NCBI RefSeq assembly: GCF_009914755.1
Contig: NC_060943.1
DNA from: the human T2T-CHM13v2.0 reference genome, Homo sapiens
Direction: 5' to 3' (one strand)
DNA length: 64,000 nt
Position numbers and translations under genes: made by a program. Numbering within the stretch: the stretch's first letter is position 1; each line of letters opens with the position of its first letter. This document shows positions 22,441 to 60,619 of this stretch, in pieces. The notes beneath the pieces were generated by a model. It was not told the origin of the DNA. It worked only from the letters and a program-made list of their open reading frames with translations, and did not search any database.

Positions 22441-23141
22441 TACTCTTTCTCTTTTATCAGCAAAACAAAAACTTTCCCAGAAACTCCAGCTTTGTCTTCT
22501 TGCTTATAACTGGATGACATGGCCACCCGGATGTATCCAGGTCATATGCCAATCTGAGCAATACTCGGGCTCGTCAGTAATGCAGTGGGAAGAATGATAA
22601 GCACATCTCAGTTGCACCCAGCTTGCCCTGTGCCAAGTCAGACAAGTCACAAAACACCAACCTCTGCCTCTTAGTCCACACACATCTCCCCTCTGTTCGC
22701 CTGTTTGCCCTTGAGCCTGAACTTGATGGGAAAATGCATCCAGGCTCTGCCATTAGCAACAATCAGCGTGGGGATAGTGCTTGCATCTTTGGTGGGCAGA
22801 GAACCAAGCACACTGTTTCTCCTAAACTCTTGGTTTATTTTTCTTGAGACAGGGTCTGGCTTTGTTGCCCAGGCTGGTCTCGAACTCCTGGGCTCAAGCA
22901 ATCCTCCTGCCTCAGCCTCTGAAGTAGTTGGGATTACAGGTGTGAGCCACCATGCCCGGCCTCTCTTCTTTTCATCACGGTTGTAGCAATTGTTCCACAA
23001 GTGTATTACCTTTACAACTGTTAAAGAAACTAGAAACTACCCAAATGTCTCCTCATAGTAAAAAAATGGCTCAATAAATCGGAGTACATTTACACAATGG
23101 TATACTGTGCAACGATGAGAATAAAACATTTACAACCATAA

Positions 23142-23495
<354 letters not shown>

Positions 23496-23834
23496 TGATT
23501 TATTTATATAAACTTATTATACTTCTATATGTCTATGTAAATAAATTTATATTTATATGTTGTTCATAAATGGGAAAAATTAATTTATGGTGATAGAAGT
23601 CACAAAAGTTGCTACACTTGGGGAGAAGTCATGAAAGTCGCTACCCTTGCAGGCGAGGGATTTAGGTAGTAATGGAAGCGGCTACATTTGGCAGGGGAGG
23701 TAGTGACTGCAAGGAAGACCCCACTGGTTTTTCTGAGGAGATGCTTAGGTTCCGTGGCTCTGTCTGAATGCTGGTTACAAGGGTGTGTTCTGTTTTGTGA
23801 AACTTCACTGCCATTTATGATACTTCTGTGCATG

Positions 23835-24211
<377 letters not shown>

Positions 24212-24807
24212 TAATTTAAAATATTGCTGCAAGGGCATCTATGGGGCAGACATCATTGGTTGTTCCTCCCGTTCTTTGATGTCGGAATCCTGATTTCTCT
24301 CAAGGAGCAGCTTCTACATGCTTTAGGGGAGGTCCTCCACTCCATCGTGAAAGAATAATCCTGTTTGGTTCAAATCAACCATGTTAACCTCTCCACCCCA
24401 CTCCCCACCCCACCCCACCAGTCTGTGACTGGTTTAGGAAAGGACATGTGACCCAATTCTGGCCAGTAAGAATAAGATAAAATTCTGCTGGGGTGGTTTC
24501 TGGAAAAGCATCATCCTTCTCAAAGACAGACCCACTACGGGTGTTGATCTTAAGGATGATGACCCCCCACCGAGGAGAACCAAGCGAAACACAGCCTGAC
24601 GCCCTGTGTCTGGAGCCGCCCTTACCTGGATTTCTTGATATGTGAAATTAAAACTTATTTACTATTGAAGCCAGCATGAATCTTCTCTTGTTCCTCAAAG
24701 CAGCTTAACCGGAAACATCATTTTGGAAAATGTGCTCAAGACTGCCCCTTAGCTAGGATTCTGCTCCTATCTAGATTTTTTTAAGATTAAGAAAAAAAAA
24801 AAATTGA

Positions 24808-25108
24808 GGCCAGATGGCTCACGCCTGTAATCCCAGCACTTTGGGAGGCTGAGGTAGGCAGATCACCTGAGGTCAGGAGTTCGAGACCAGTGTGGCCAAC
24901 ATAGCGAAACCCTGTCTCTGCTAAAAATACAAAAATTAGCCAGGCATGGTGGCTCACACCTATAGTCCCAGCTACTCAGGAGGCTGAGGCATGGGGATTG
25001 CTTGAACTGGGGAGGTGGAAGTTGCAGTGAGCCGAGAATACGCTACTGCACTCCAGCCTGGGTGACAGAGTGAGACTCTGTCTAAAGAAAAACAAAAACA
25101 AAAAACAA
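24808..25108 (+). mobile_element. Alu
   Basis: Full dimer. Confidence 0.88.
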
Positions 25109-26576
25109 ACATTGAATTACAACTGTCACCCAGTACTATTTGCCCCTATTTTCACACCACACCACACACCCTGGCAGCCCAGTCTTTCTGGAATGTCCCC
25201 TAAAAAGTCGTGAGGACTTGTAAATGGCTAGGCACAAAGGGGAAGATAAAGGTGACAATTATTGGATCATTTTGATGTATGTGTCCTTCTCTCACACCTT
25301 TGACTGTTCATCAGGCAGACACTTCTTATCTCTTCTTCCTTGCTGGTAAGGACTGCACCCGTGACAGAGAAATGTCAGAAACTCACTTTCTCAGCTTCTC
25401 TTGAAGCTAGAGTGTCAGCATTGGGACCTTCTCCAATGAGTGGTCATTGAGACCCAAGAACAGATCCAGGGGTGTGGGGGGACTCTGGAAAAGACTTTCT
25501 TTCCTAATGAAGAGAGCTCTGCCAACAGAGTCTCTCCTTCCTGCCTTTTGTCATGGTGCGTGAGGATGTGATGTCTGGAGCTGTGGCAGCCATTTTACAG
25601 CCACGAGATTACAAGCCTAAAGGAGAAAGCTGACATATTTTCTTCTTCCTGCTAGAACATAAGCTTAAGGAAGGCAGGGGTTTGGTGTCTGTTTTATTAA
25701 TCAGTCTATCCCAAGTGTCTATAATATTACTTGGCTCTCATAGGTGCTCATGAGTTGAATAAATATATGAATGAATGAATGCAGAGGGCAGTAGAGAAGA
25801 AAGATGGGTCCCTAATGATGTAATGTAGGAATCACCAAACCACAGTACTTCCCTCTTTTGGGGCTTCTTATTATGTGAAATAATACACGTCCTTATTGCT
25901 TAACCCACTTTGAGTTGGGTATTTTGTTACTGACAAAATTTTCTAGTGTAATTCCTTTTCTAGAGTGTTCAATTTCCAAAGTATTCCCTGGAGTGACTTT
26001 CTATAACCACCTGTGAGTATCTTGAGAAATCTTAGAGCTGGATTGGCACGTGGAGATCATTACGTTTCAATCCTCCCATTTTACAGGTAGAGAAACTGAG
26101 GTCCAGAAAAAGTACAAATGACCTTTACACAGGTCACTCAGAAAGTGCTGAAGACTAGAATGTCCATGTGTTGATGTGTTGTCCATTTCAATGACTACCA
26201 CGCCCACAACCTTCTTAGGGGCCCTGCCCTGCCCACTGCTATGGATGAAGGGGTGGCTGGGGGATCCATGTTGCACTCTGTGGGCCCACCTTTCAGACTA
26301 GAGATAGAGTCTGCATCTGACCCTAGGACAGCCAACCAGATTTTTTCTCTAGGGGCTATGAACAAAGAAAACCCAGTAACTGGAGCCAGTTATGGGGGAG
26401 AGAAGAGATGCTTTGATAGGCAACAGGCAGTCAATGTAATGAGAAAACAGAGGTGGGATGAGAAGAAAGAGACCGTGAAAGACACATAACTAGGGGAGAA
26501 GGGATAGAGATCCCACAGGCAGCTGCTTCTGCCCTGACATTTTCCAATTTAAATTAATGGATATTCTTTTGATAAC

Positions 26577-26949
26577 TGATATGGCCTGGCCCTGTGTCCC
26601 CACCCAAATCTCATCTTGGATTTTAATTTGAATCATAATCCCCACGTGTTGGGGGTGGGATCTCATGGGAGGTGATTAGATCATGGGGACAGTCCCCCCA
26701 TGCTATTCTTGTGATAGTAGTGAGTTCTCACAAGATCTGATGGTTTTATAATTTTCCCCCTTCAGTTTGCCCTTCTCCTTTCGGCCACCCTGTGAAGAAG
26801 GACATGTTTGGTTCCCCTTCTACCATGATCGTAAGTTTTCTGAGGCCTCCCCAGCCATGCTGAACTATGAGTCAATCAAACCTCTTTCCTTTATAAATTA
26901 CCCAGTCTTAGGTAGTATCTTTGCAGCAACTTGAGAATGGACTAATACA
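26577..26949 (+). mobile_element. THE1/MST-family MaLR solo LTR
   Basis: TGATATGG...GACTAATACA termini with a perfect 5-bp TSD ATAAC. Confidence 0.9.
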
Positions 26950-27170
26950 ATAACCTACCTCCCGTTTCTACCCTGGCCAACAAGCAGCTCCAGTTTGTTC
27001 TCCACAAAGAGCCAGAATGTTCTCCTTTGTGCATGAACCAGATCCGGCTGGAAAACCTCCAATGACTTCCCAAATTCTCAGAGAAAACAAACAAGTGTCC
27101 AGCTCTATGGGTCTTCTTTCAGCTCCTGGAGAATGTCCAGCATGCTCCAATCTCAGCACTTGGCACTTGA

Positions 27171-27531
<361 letters not shown>

Positions 27532-27589
27532 TGGGGCTGGCCACTCTATCCTCTCAGTCTCAAATGGTACCTCCTCGGCGAGGCCCTTT

Positions 27590-27828
27590 GTGTTTGTTAC
27601 AGTGGCTACTGTAACAAATCACTGAGAGTCTAGTTGCTTAAAACAACACAGATTTATTCTATTGTAGTTTGGGAGGTCAGAAGTCCTAAAGATCTCACTG
27701 GGCAGAAATCAAGGTGGTCGGCAGGGCTGGTTCCTTCTGGAGGCTCTAGGGGAGGGTCCATTCCCATGTCCTCCTGCCTTCCAGAGGTTGCCCATATTCC
27801 TTGGCTCATGCCCCTTCCTTCACCTTCA

Positions 27829-27865
<37 letters not shown>

Positions 27866-28360
27866 TGTTAGAGATTGGGTCTTGTTCTGTTGCTCAGGCT
27901 GGAGTGCAGTGATCCTCCTACTTCAGTCTCCCGAGTAGCTGGGACTGTAGGCACACACCACTACACCTGGCAAATTAAAAAACATTTTTTTTTTTTTTAG
28001 AGATGGGGTCTCCCTATGTTGCCCAGGCTGGTCTTGAACTCTTGGCCTCAAGCCATGCCCCTGCCTTGGCCTCCCAAAGTGCTGGGATTACAGGCGTGAG
28101 CCACCATGCTCATCTTCCTCTGTCTTCAAAGCCAGCAGCATAGCATCTTCCAGTCTCTCATTCTGATCTTTCCGCCTCCCTCTTATAAGGACCCTTCTGA
28201 TTATATTGGGTCCACCCAGATAATCCAGGATCATCTCCCCATCTCAAGACCCTTAATCACATCAGCAAAGCCCCCTTGCTATAGAAGGTAACATATTCAC
28301 AGGCTCCAGAAATTAAGATGGCGTTTCGAGGTGGGAGGGAGGCATTATGCTGCCTCCCAT
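27590..28360 (-). mobile_element. MLT1-family LTR interrupted by an Alu (~27830-28108)
   Basis: gcttaaaacaacacagatttattct...tcttataaggaccct...ataatccaggat. Confidence 0.7.
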
Positions 28361-28462
28361 GCCCTCCTTGATCATCCAATGTAGAGACCCCCCCCACCAA
28401 CTCACGACATTTCCTCTCTTGCCTTATGCCCTGCTCTCATTGTGTTCATGTCACTTACATAA

Positions 28463-28612
<150 letters not shown>

Positions 28613-28763
28613 TGAGTAGCTGGGATTACAGGTGCATGCCACCATGCCTAGCTAATTTTTGTATTTTTAGTAGAGAGGGGGTTTCACCATGTTGGCCAGG
28701 ATGGTCTCGATCTCCTGAACTTGTGATTCGCCTGCTTTGGCCTCCCAATTATCTCTCTCTTTA

Positions 28764-29282
<519 letters not shown>

Positions 29283-29376
29283 TCATAGACAAAACACATG
29301 AGCCTGGAGGCGGAGATATGACTTGTTCACAGCCGCCCTGCACAGGGAGGAGACACAGGAAGATTCCACTTCTCAG

Positions 29377-29382
29377 TTTATT
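29377..29382 (-). terminator. KLK5: KLK5 poly(A) signal AATAAA
   Basis: tttatt on + strand, ~310 nt downstream of the stop codon. Confidence 0.85.
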
Positions 29383-29691
29383 TCTGGGACTAAATTTGGG
29401 TCAGAGCTGCAGAGAAGGGATGGGCCCTGAGCTTGAGGATGAAAGTGCCCCAGGGAGATTGAGACGCAACCCCCGCCCTGGACAGTTTTGGAAATTGTTC
29501 CCAGGGTTCAACTAGAGAGACACGGTCAGCCCAATGTGGGGGAAGCAGACCCTGAGTCCAGGAGACATGGGGTCAGGGGCTGGAGAGATGAACATTCTCA
29601 ACATCTCTGGGAAGGAATGAGGGTCTGAAAGGAGTGTCAGGGCTGTCCCTGCAGCAGGTGGGGATGCCGGTGTGCTGAGTCCTGGGATGAC

Positions 29692-38738
<9,047 letters not shown>

Positions 38739-38827
38739 GGCCGCTGCACCTGGATGGGGAATGTCAGAGGGTTGGGAGGCCCAGGCGATCCGGGGAGCCC
38801 TTAACCCACTTCCCCTCCCTCCCCTAC

Positions 38828-39115
38828 CTTATTTCCCCAGGTAGAGAGGAACCACAAGGACGGGCCACCATCGGCACTGCGCTGAGACCCAGGCACTATA
38901 GAATTCAGAAGATAGGAGTCTAGCAGCCTCCAGACAGGGCAAGGAGGGGACAGAGAAAGATGTGGGTGCAGGACGCACAGACACCTCTCCTTCCCTGCCT
39001 GCTGAGCCACCCTCACCAGGTCTCACTTGCCCTGTCCCCCAGGTAGGGGGTGGGGGATTTGCTCCCAGCTCAGCCGCAGACTTCTCAGGCCTGTGCCTTC
39101 CTGGCCACTGCCTCC
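38828..39115 (-). other. KLK5: KLK5 5'-UTR exon region; donor at 38828, further possible donors near 39017/39027
   Basis: AAATAAG|gtaggg donor joins GTGCAGCGGCCATG; the 5' boundary is estimated from the TATA position. Confidence 0.7.
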
Positions 39116-39141
39116 TCCTGGGCTCTGGGCACCGGGCCTGA

Positions 39142-39149
39142 GTTATAAC
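39142..39149 (-). promoter_or_regulatory. KLK5: KLK5 TATA-like box (GTTATAAC)
   Basis: TTATAA in GC-rich context upstream of the 5'-UTR exon. Confidence 0.65.
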
Positions 39150-39596
39150 CACCCACTGCTCCCTGGGGCACATTCCCGGGCAATGAGGTGCCTATCGGGC
39201 CTTAGCAATAGCTCCTCCTGCTCCCCCTATCTCCACCCCCAGAGCACCCCCCACCCAGTCCGGAATGTCACTCCCTACCTCCCTGGCCCGGAGAATGGGG
39301 AGGGGTCTCCGGAAGCCAGGCCAGCCCCTTCCCTGCCTCCCCCAGCCTTAAGGATCTGGCTTCTCACCAACTCTGGGTCACTATTCTTGGCGCCTGGATT
39401 GCTTGCTTTCTTCTCTGCATTTTGCTCATTCCACCACTGTCTGTTCACCCTCGATACTCCTCTTTCCATCTTTGTCTCTGGTTTTTTCTCAGAGTCTTCT
39501 TCCATCTCTCTGTGGTTCTCCCTCGGCTATCTTTCTGAGTCTCTCTCAATATCTCGTGTCTCTCTCCACCCCTCTCTCTCTTTCTATCCCTCTCGC

Positions 39597-39630
<34 letters not shown>

Positions 39631-39890
39631 GTCTTTTTCTCTGTCTGTCTCTCACTCACTCTCTCTCTCTCTCCTCCTGTCTGTCTTAGGAGCCTTGTTT
39701 TGTTCTCCTTGGGCCACAGGTGTTTCTGTCTCCCTGTTCCTCCCTGTCTTTCTATGCCTCTGTGATTCTTTCTTTTTTAAAGGTTCTGAATGATTTGTCA
39801 AATATACCTTAGAGTTCTTGGCCCATTTATTTTCCTTTATTTCACTTCTGCTCTATTTGTTGACAGCATTTTTTTTTTAGGTATAACTAA

Positions 39891-40238
<348 letters not shown>

Positions 40239-40301
40239 TAAAGGGTAGAGTCTGATGGCTTTAGGTACTTGTCACATCAGCATAGTCAAGAAGATGATCA
40301 T

Positions 40302-40927
<626 letters not shown>

Positions 40928-41599
40928 TCAACTCCTTCTCTTGCCTTCACTCTGGGCCCAGGCCGTGGAGCACAAAGAGGCAGGGACCCAGTCTGGGAAT
41001 CTGCAGGTGCCGTGGCCCGGCTGGTGTGGCCAGGCATGGGTGAGAGAGTTGGGCAGGGCTACTTGTTATTGGGAAAATAGATCAAGAGGCCAGGAGAGGG
41101 GCAGACGGCTTGGGAAATGGGCATTGGGTGGGGAACCCGAAAGGTGGCTTCTCCCTCTCCACTCCTGAGCCATCTGAGGCCACCTCTCCTGACCTCGTCT
41201 CTACGCCAGCTTTTCTTTCCATCTGCCGCCAGCTCTTTGCATCTGTCTTCGTGTCTCCTTGTCTCTGTCCTCACTAGGAAGCAAGAGCTAATGAAACATT
41301 CATCTGTGATGTGCCAGACACAGGTGTCTGTGAACAATCAGACTCAGGTGTCCGTGAACAAAATGACAAAGACGCCTGAAGATGCTGCCTTCTTTGAGCC
41401 CTCATTCCTTGAGGGCAAAAAAACAACCGAGCTGTGTTGCTCACATCTATAATTCTGTTAAAGGGGAGATTTTAGAGCACTCAGGACTGGTTTTAGTGCA
41501 CAGGGAAAATACCAAAAAACCCAAAATAACAAAAACCTATTCTGAGGTTTATTTTGATTATGACAATTAATATTTCATTCATTAAAGTGACAAAACCGT

Positions 41600-42334
<735 letters not shown>

Positions 42335-43112
42335 TATGGGGTCCTCATAATAATGCTTGGTCCTATTCACAAACTAAGTTAATTAAACACCTTCAGACAT
42401 TTTAAACTACATTTCTAAAACCAACATATTCAATCTCTTCTGGAAGTCCCTTGATTTTTAGGCACCACTTCCAAAGCATTGAAGTGAGTTTGTACATCTG
42501 AGTGTATTACACTCATAAATATGACCCATGTTGCATTCTTTCAGATATCCCAATGCTGGATATTAACTTGGCGTAACTCCATCTTAAAAAAATCACAGCT
42601 CAATTATTACACATTTAAAGCTGAAGTCACAAGGCTTTCCCTATAACAGGTGAAATTCTCTTAGACACACAAGCACCTAAAATACCAAAAGTGTAGAGAT
42701 TCTGCTTCAAAAAAATAAAATTCATAAGAAGGGTTGGATGTCTAAACATTTTAATGCTCAGTTCCAAAACATCTCAGAATTACAAGAAGACTTCAGCACA
42801 GAAGAGTGGTTAGGAGCCCAAACTGTGGAACCAGCCCCTAGCATTTAAATTCTGGTGTAGCCATCTACTAGCTGTGAGGCTTTGATCACACCATGGACCC
42901 CCTCTGTGCCTTGGTTTCCCTGTCTGTAAAATGGGAACAATAATGGTATCCACCTCACAGGCTTGTGATGAGGATCAAATGAGTTAATATATGTAAGGCA
43001 CTTAGAATAGTACCTGGTAAGTGCTAATCAGTATATTTTAAATTATTATTATTACTGTTGTCATGACTATCATTATTCTTATTATCCATTCAGAAAGTCA
43101 ATTTCTTTCTGA

Positions 43113-43439
<327 letters not shown>

Positions 43440-44260
43440 TCAATTTTCTCTCAATTAACTGCAGCTGATTTTGGTCTGGACCGTCATTGGCTGGGTTCCT
43501 CTTGGTGACCCTGGTGAATTTCACGGCTTTTCCGGAGAAGGTTGCTCAAGGGGGGCCCAGGTCATTCACATGACTTCATAATTCCATCAAGTCACAAAGT
43601 CAGCCACTTCCTTCCATCACGTCCCCATGATAGAATGTTGCATTTCTCTGATTCTTAAGGCAAAGATCATAGGGTCTTTCTAAAGCCCAGATCCGACCAC
43701 GTCCTTCCTTTTCTCCAGGCCCTCGGGATCAGGTCCAAGTTCTTCTGCCTGGCGCTCAGTGGCATCATCTTCCGCTGACCTACATTTCCAGCCATATCAT
43801 TCATTTCTCCCACCTCAAACGCCAGCCTCCACCATCCAGGACGATTCACAGGTGTCCTCACACCCCCAGGATTGTCTACATGTTGTTCCTTCTGTGAGAA
43901 TGCCACCCACCCGAACTTCTCCAAAGGGTGACCTCATATCCAGCCTTCCTTTCCACCCCTCCTGGGCCCAGCCCCACCTCAACTCTCATCTTCTCTCCCT
44001 GCATCATCACCTCAACCTCCTCCCCAGCCCCAGCCTCCAGGGTCTCCCCTCTGGTTCATCCTGCACATGGCCCTAGGGCTGCCCCAGCTCACAGACTTTC
44101 CATGGCTCCCCAGTGCCCTCAGGAGAAGGTTTCAGCCTCTCATGCTGGCATCTGAGATCCTTGGGGATCTGATCCCTGCCCTCCTCTCCCATCACCGTTA
44201 CCCATGCATGGTGGTCTTCCTACCCTCCCACCTTCCTGGTTTGGCTGTGACAAAAGTTTA

Positions 44261-44925
<665 letters not shown>

Positions 44926-45125
44926 CGTGGCTGGGCCTCTGCAGGAAGAAATCAAACGTGTGGAAGGGTTGGGGAGAGGAGATGCCTAGAAGGGATTTTC
45001 CTGTATTCTCTTAGTGGTGGGGGTAAGACCGAGGACCCAAGTCCTCACTCATCACGTCCTCCCCAGTGATGCAAGGATGGAGCTGGGGTAAAACCAGGGA
45101 GAATCAGGACCCTCACGTCGCTGCG

Positions 45126-45131
45126 TTTATT
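45126..45131 (-). terminator. KLK6: KLK6 proximal poly(A) signal AATAAA
   Basis: tttatt on +, ~115 nt after the stop. Confidence 0.65.
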
Positions 45132-45245
45132 AAGCATCAGGGTCAGAGCTGGGCAGGAGAGGAGGGGAGGCAAGGTCTAGGTGAGAGACGTTCTGGAACC
45201 AGCCAGTGGGGTGGTAGGTCGGGAGGTAGATGTCACATGTCAGGG

Positions 45246-54507
<9,262 letters not shown>

Positions 54508-54943
54508 GGCCGCTCCTGAGAGGGGAAGCCACATGGTCCATTAGTCACTGCCTCGACCCTCCCCCCATCCCTCTGTCTGCTCCCTCTGCATCCTCTCCTT
54601 CCTTCCTGGCCTGCTATGGTCTCCTGCCTTGACCTCTGTCCTTCCCATCTAGCCTCCTGATTTATTCTTCCTCAGCCCACATCTTCCATCAGAGGATCCC
54701 ACGAAAACAGTGCCAAAGAGAATTCAGAACTACGTCCACTGGTCCAGTAACCCATGGTGAGATTCTGATTAGATCTTTCTACTTTCTTGGGCACTGATTT
54801 GCCTTCCTGTCGACAGGAGAGGGTTACCCTAGGGGGCCCTAGCGTTCTTCCTCTGTATGGGAGTTTTCCTCGGAGCCTGGCTCTGTGCGCAATGGCCACC
54901 CACCCCGCCCACCCGGCAGGTTCTGTGATGTCTGTGATCTCAC

Positions 54944-54995
54944 CTGCTGCAGGCCTCCGGGCCTCCGGGGATTCTTGAGTCGGGGGAAGGAACAG
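54944..54995 (-). other. KLK6: KLK6 non-coding exon 2 (52 nt)
   Basis: acceptor ctcaaag|CTGTTCC and donor CAGCAG|gtgaga; matches the KLK6 5'-UTR as I recall it. Confidence 0.8.
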
Positions 54996-55354
54996 CTTTG
55001 AGACGAGGAGGCAGAAAGAGTTAGAAATGCGGGGAGCCGTGAGGAGAGAAGACACTCAGATGCAGTGGCAGAGCCAAGCGGAGGACGCAGGGGCCGCAGA
55101 GCCCAGGGCTGCAGGGACTGCCAGACACACCCCCCCAGCTCCCAGGCCTCCCTGGAAGAGGCTGGTTCTGTCCCCAGATGCTTCTGGAACGTCCTTTTAA
55201 CCCCTGTCTCTCAGGTCCCTGAGCCAGGAGACTGGCTACACCCTTTTCCTCCTTACCCAGGCCTCCCACACACATTCCTCCCGCCCCCACGCTCTGCTCT
55301 TGGTGACCCCTGACCAGGCCTCCAGGGAAGGGAGCACTGGTCCCTGAGTGCAGT

Positions 55355-55660
55355 GAGGGCCTGGACTCCTGGGTCTGAGGGAGGAGGGGCTTGGGGGCCT
55401 GGACTCCTGAGTCTGAGGGAGGAGGGGCTGGGGGCCTGGACCCTTGCGTCTGAGGGAGGAGGGGCTTGGGGCCTGGACTCCTGGGTCTGAGGGAGGAGGT
55501 GAGAACTTGGACTCCTGGGTCTGAGGGAGGAGGGGCTGGGGGCCTGGACTCCTGAGTCTGAGGGAGGAGGTGGGAACTTGGACTCCTGGGTCTGAGGGAG
55601 GAGGGGCTAGGACCTAAACTCCTGGGTCTGAGGGAGGAGGGGCTGGGGCCTGAATCTGAG
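55355..55660. repeat. MSR1-type minisatellite (~35-38 bp, ~8 copies) in KLK6 intron 1
   Basis: Unit cctggactcctgggtctgagggaggaggggctggggg. Confidence 0.9.
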
Positions 55661-55893
55661 GCAGAGGAAGTTCTAGTCGGCTCAGTCCTTAGACCTCCGG
55701 GTTTTGGAGAAAGAAAGTGTCTGAAGACAAATTCCGGCCTCTGGGGCAAGCAGATGGTGCCCCAGGCCTCCCTGCACCCCCAGCACTCTCTGTGCCACCC
55801 AGGGACCTGCAGGCCCTCACTCCGGGCTCTAGAGCCCTCCGGCACTGGGAAGCAGCCTGCCCAGGTTCAGTGCGGTTGGGGTGACTCACACAC

Positions 55894-56077
55894 CTGCCCG
55901 TAGGTCCCTCTGTGTGCTGCCTGCCGACCTCTGTGTCCCCAGGAGAGAGCGAGCCAGCCAGCCGGGGAGACAGCTACAGCGTGTGTCACCACACTGGCCC
56001 CCGCCCCTGCCCCGGGCTGGGGAGCAGGCCCAGGCGCGATGGGGAAAGGGCCCAGGAACAATCGGGCTTTGTCCGCC
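55894..56077 (-). other. KLK6: KLK6 non-coding exon 1 (5' end approximate)
   Basis: GC/CpG-rich with a GC box; donor GGGCAG|gtgtgt; AP-1 motif TGACTCA at 55882-55888 just inside the intron. Confidence 0.75.
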
Positions 56078-56285
56078 CCCAGCACCCCAGTGCCATGCTC
56101 CCAGCAGCTCCGGCCTCAACCTCTCTTCCGGCGGGCAGGCGGGAGGGCGGTTACATCAATGGCTTCCTTTTGTCCCTGTCTGACAGTCCTCCTTTGCAGT
56201 CTCTGACTGCCCACCTGGCCCTGACTGGAGATTTCGGCACTCCACATCCTCCTGGTCCTTCTCCTCCAAGTCTGCCCACCCCTGA

Positions 56286-56774
<489 letters not shown>

Positions 56775-58226
56775 TCTCTCCCTTTCTTTCCCCTTGATTC
56801 TCTGACTCTCCGTGCTTATCTTCTCCTGGGTCTCTTCTTAGATTTCCCCGGGGGTAGCACTGTGTGTGCCCAGAAGGGAGTCAGTTTCCCCAGGAAGTAG
56901 CGGGGATGATTCCCGAGCGATGAGGAAGCTAGCAGGATGGAAGAGGACTTGAGGACTTATTGATGAGATGCGGACACACAGCGAGAGGCATGGAGTTAAG
57001 CAGAAATCGGAGAGCACTTGGGAACGACGTGGGGCTGTGATAAGATGGTGGTGCTGGGCAGTAGCAGAGGGATCTGGGAAGATTTAGGGAGGTGCCTTTG
57101 AACTTGGGCCTAGAAAGCTGAGCCAGGCGTAGGTCAGGAGGAAAGGCCGTGAAAATGCCTGGCCTGGGTGCACATGGGAAACCACAGGCAGTGGTTGGGG
57201 TGGTTGGTATGGGCTGGAGGGTGAGGGTGTGTGCGTGGCAGAGTGGAGAGAAATGAGGAGGGGGAAGTCACTGCGTAATAAGGACAATGATAGGAATGAA
57301 GTCTGGCTCAGCACCTGCTTGGGCTGGGCACTACAGGTAACTTAAAAAAAAAGTTCTTTTTTCTTTTGAGACAAGGTCTTGTTCTGTTGCCTAGGCTGGA
57401 GTGCAGTGGCACGATCCTTGCTCGTGGCAGCCTCAACCCTCCTGGGCTCAAGCGACCCTCCCGCCTCAGTCTTCCCAGGAGCTGGGACCATAGGCATGAG
57501 CCACTGTTCCCAGCCAACCCTTTTCTTTGTCTTGCATTGAATCTAATTGTCATCTTGCATTGTGCACCCCCCATCACTCCAGGGATGAAGACTACTTCGG
57601 TATTCAGTATACTCTCCGGGTGCTCCCTCTCACATTTGGTCCCCACTGACCTCAGCACCTTCTTCTCAGGACGTGCTATCTTCACAGACGGCAAGTCTGA
57701 TGTTGCACAACCCAGTGACCAGGCCCTATCCCTCTGCCTCCTCTCTCTGGGGGGTCCCTTCCTCTCTGTACCCACACCCTCAACCCCAACTCAGAGCTGC
57801 ACCTCTCCCACCTGGACCAGGATCCCTCTGTTCTCTGTATCCCTTGCCCCAGAGAGACCTTCCTGTGCCTTGTGCTGACCTTGCCCCTCCTCTCACAGAC
57901 GTGCCCTGGGTCCCCATCTCCCTTGGGACCAAGTCCCAGCCCCCCAGCCTGGCATTTGAGGACCTTTAGCATCCAGGGAAGTCCTGGCCAATGAAATGTG
58001 ATGCCAAGCACGCATGCACATTTACATTTTCCAATCACCATACTTTTTTTTTTTAAGTCAGAAGATTTTTTAAGTGTCCTTACCACAAAAAATAAGGGTG
58101 TAAAATAATGCATATGTTAAATAGCTTGGTTTAGCCATTCCACAACATATACATACATATATCAAACATGATGTTATACACCAGAAATATATACAATTTT
58201 TACTTGTCAATTAAAAAATAAATTTA

Positions 58227-59211
<985 letters not shown>

Positions 59212-59964
59212 TATTCTCTCTTCTTAGCATGTTTTCCCCACCTTTTCCTGGCAATAACCTGTCCTTCAAGTCTTTACTTGGACATTACCTCCTCCAGGAA
59301 ACCTTCCCTGAACACCACCCAGCTGCCACCTGCTGTAGTTGGATTACTCATTCTCTCACGTAGGTTCCCACAGCAGGTGTCTCCCTCAACCCAACCTGGA
59401 CGGGGGGCCACCTGGATTGACATTCGTCATCTCTTGCACTGGACCGTGAGCTCCTTGAGGGCAGGTACGGGACTGACTCATCCCTGTGTCCCAAGCAACC
59501 ACACAGGACCTTGCCCAGAAGAAGCCTTAGGCAAGACTGACCAAATGACTAAATGACTTTATCACACCCACTCCCATTTTACAGATAAGAAAACTGAGGC
59601 TCAGAACGGGAAGTTCATTGCTCATCATCAAACATCCAGGAAATGGTGGAGCCTGAATGGGAACTCAGCTTCCAACATGGCGTGGATGTGGCCCATCCCT
59701 TGGTGGCCTGGCTGGGTCTATCTTATGACAGTACGAGGTGAGTGAACTTGGGAGGAATTGTTGAGAGCTGGGTGGGGAAAGAAGGGAGGTGTTAGGCTGT
59801 GGGGAGTGGAGGGACTTTGAAGAGAAAGAAATTTCTAACTCTACCTCTTCTCTGGTGACCTTCATGGTTTGCCATCTCTGCATACTTTGAATGCTTATTT
59901 ACTGGATAGTTTGCTCCAGATTGTCTTGCTCTGCAAAACTCTTCACTAAATAAATTCTTCTGTC

Positions 59965-60619
<655 letters not shown>

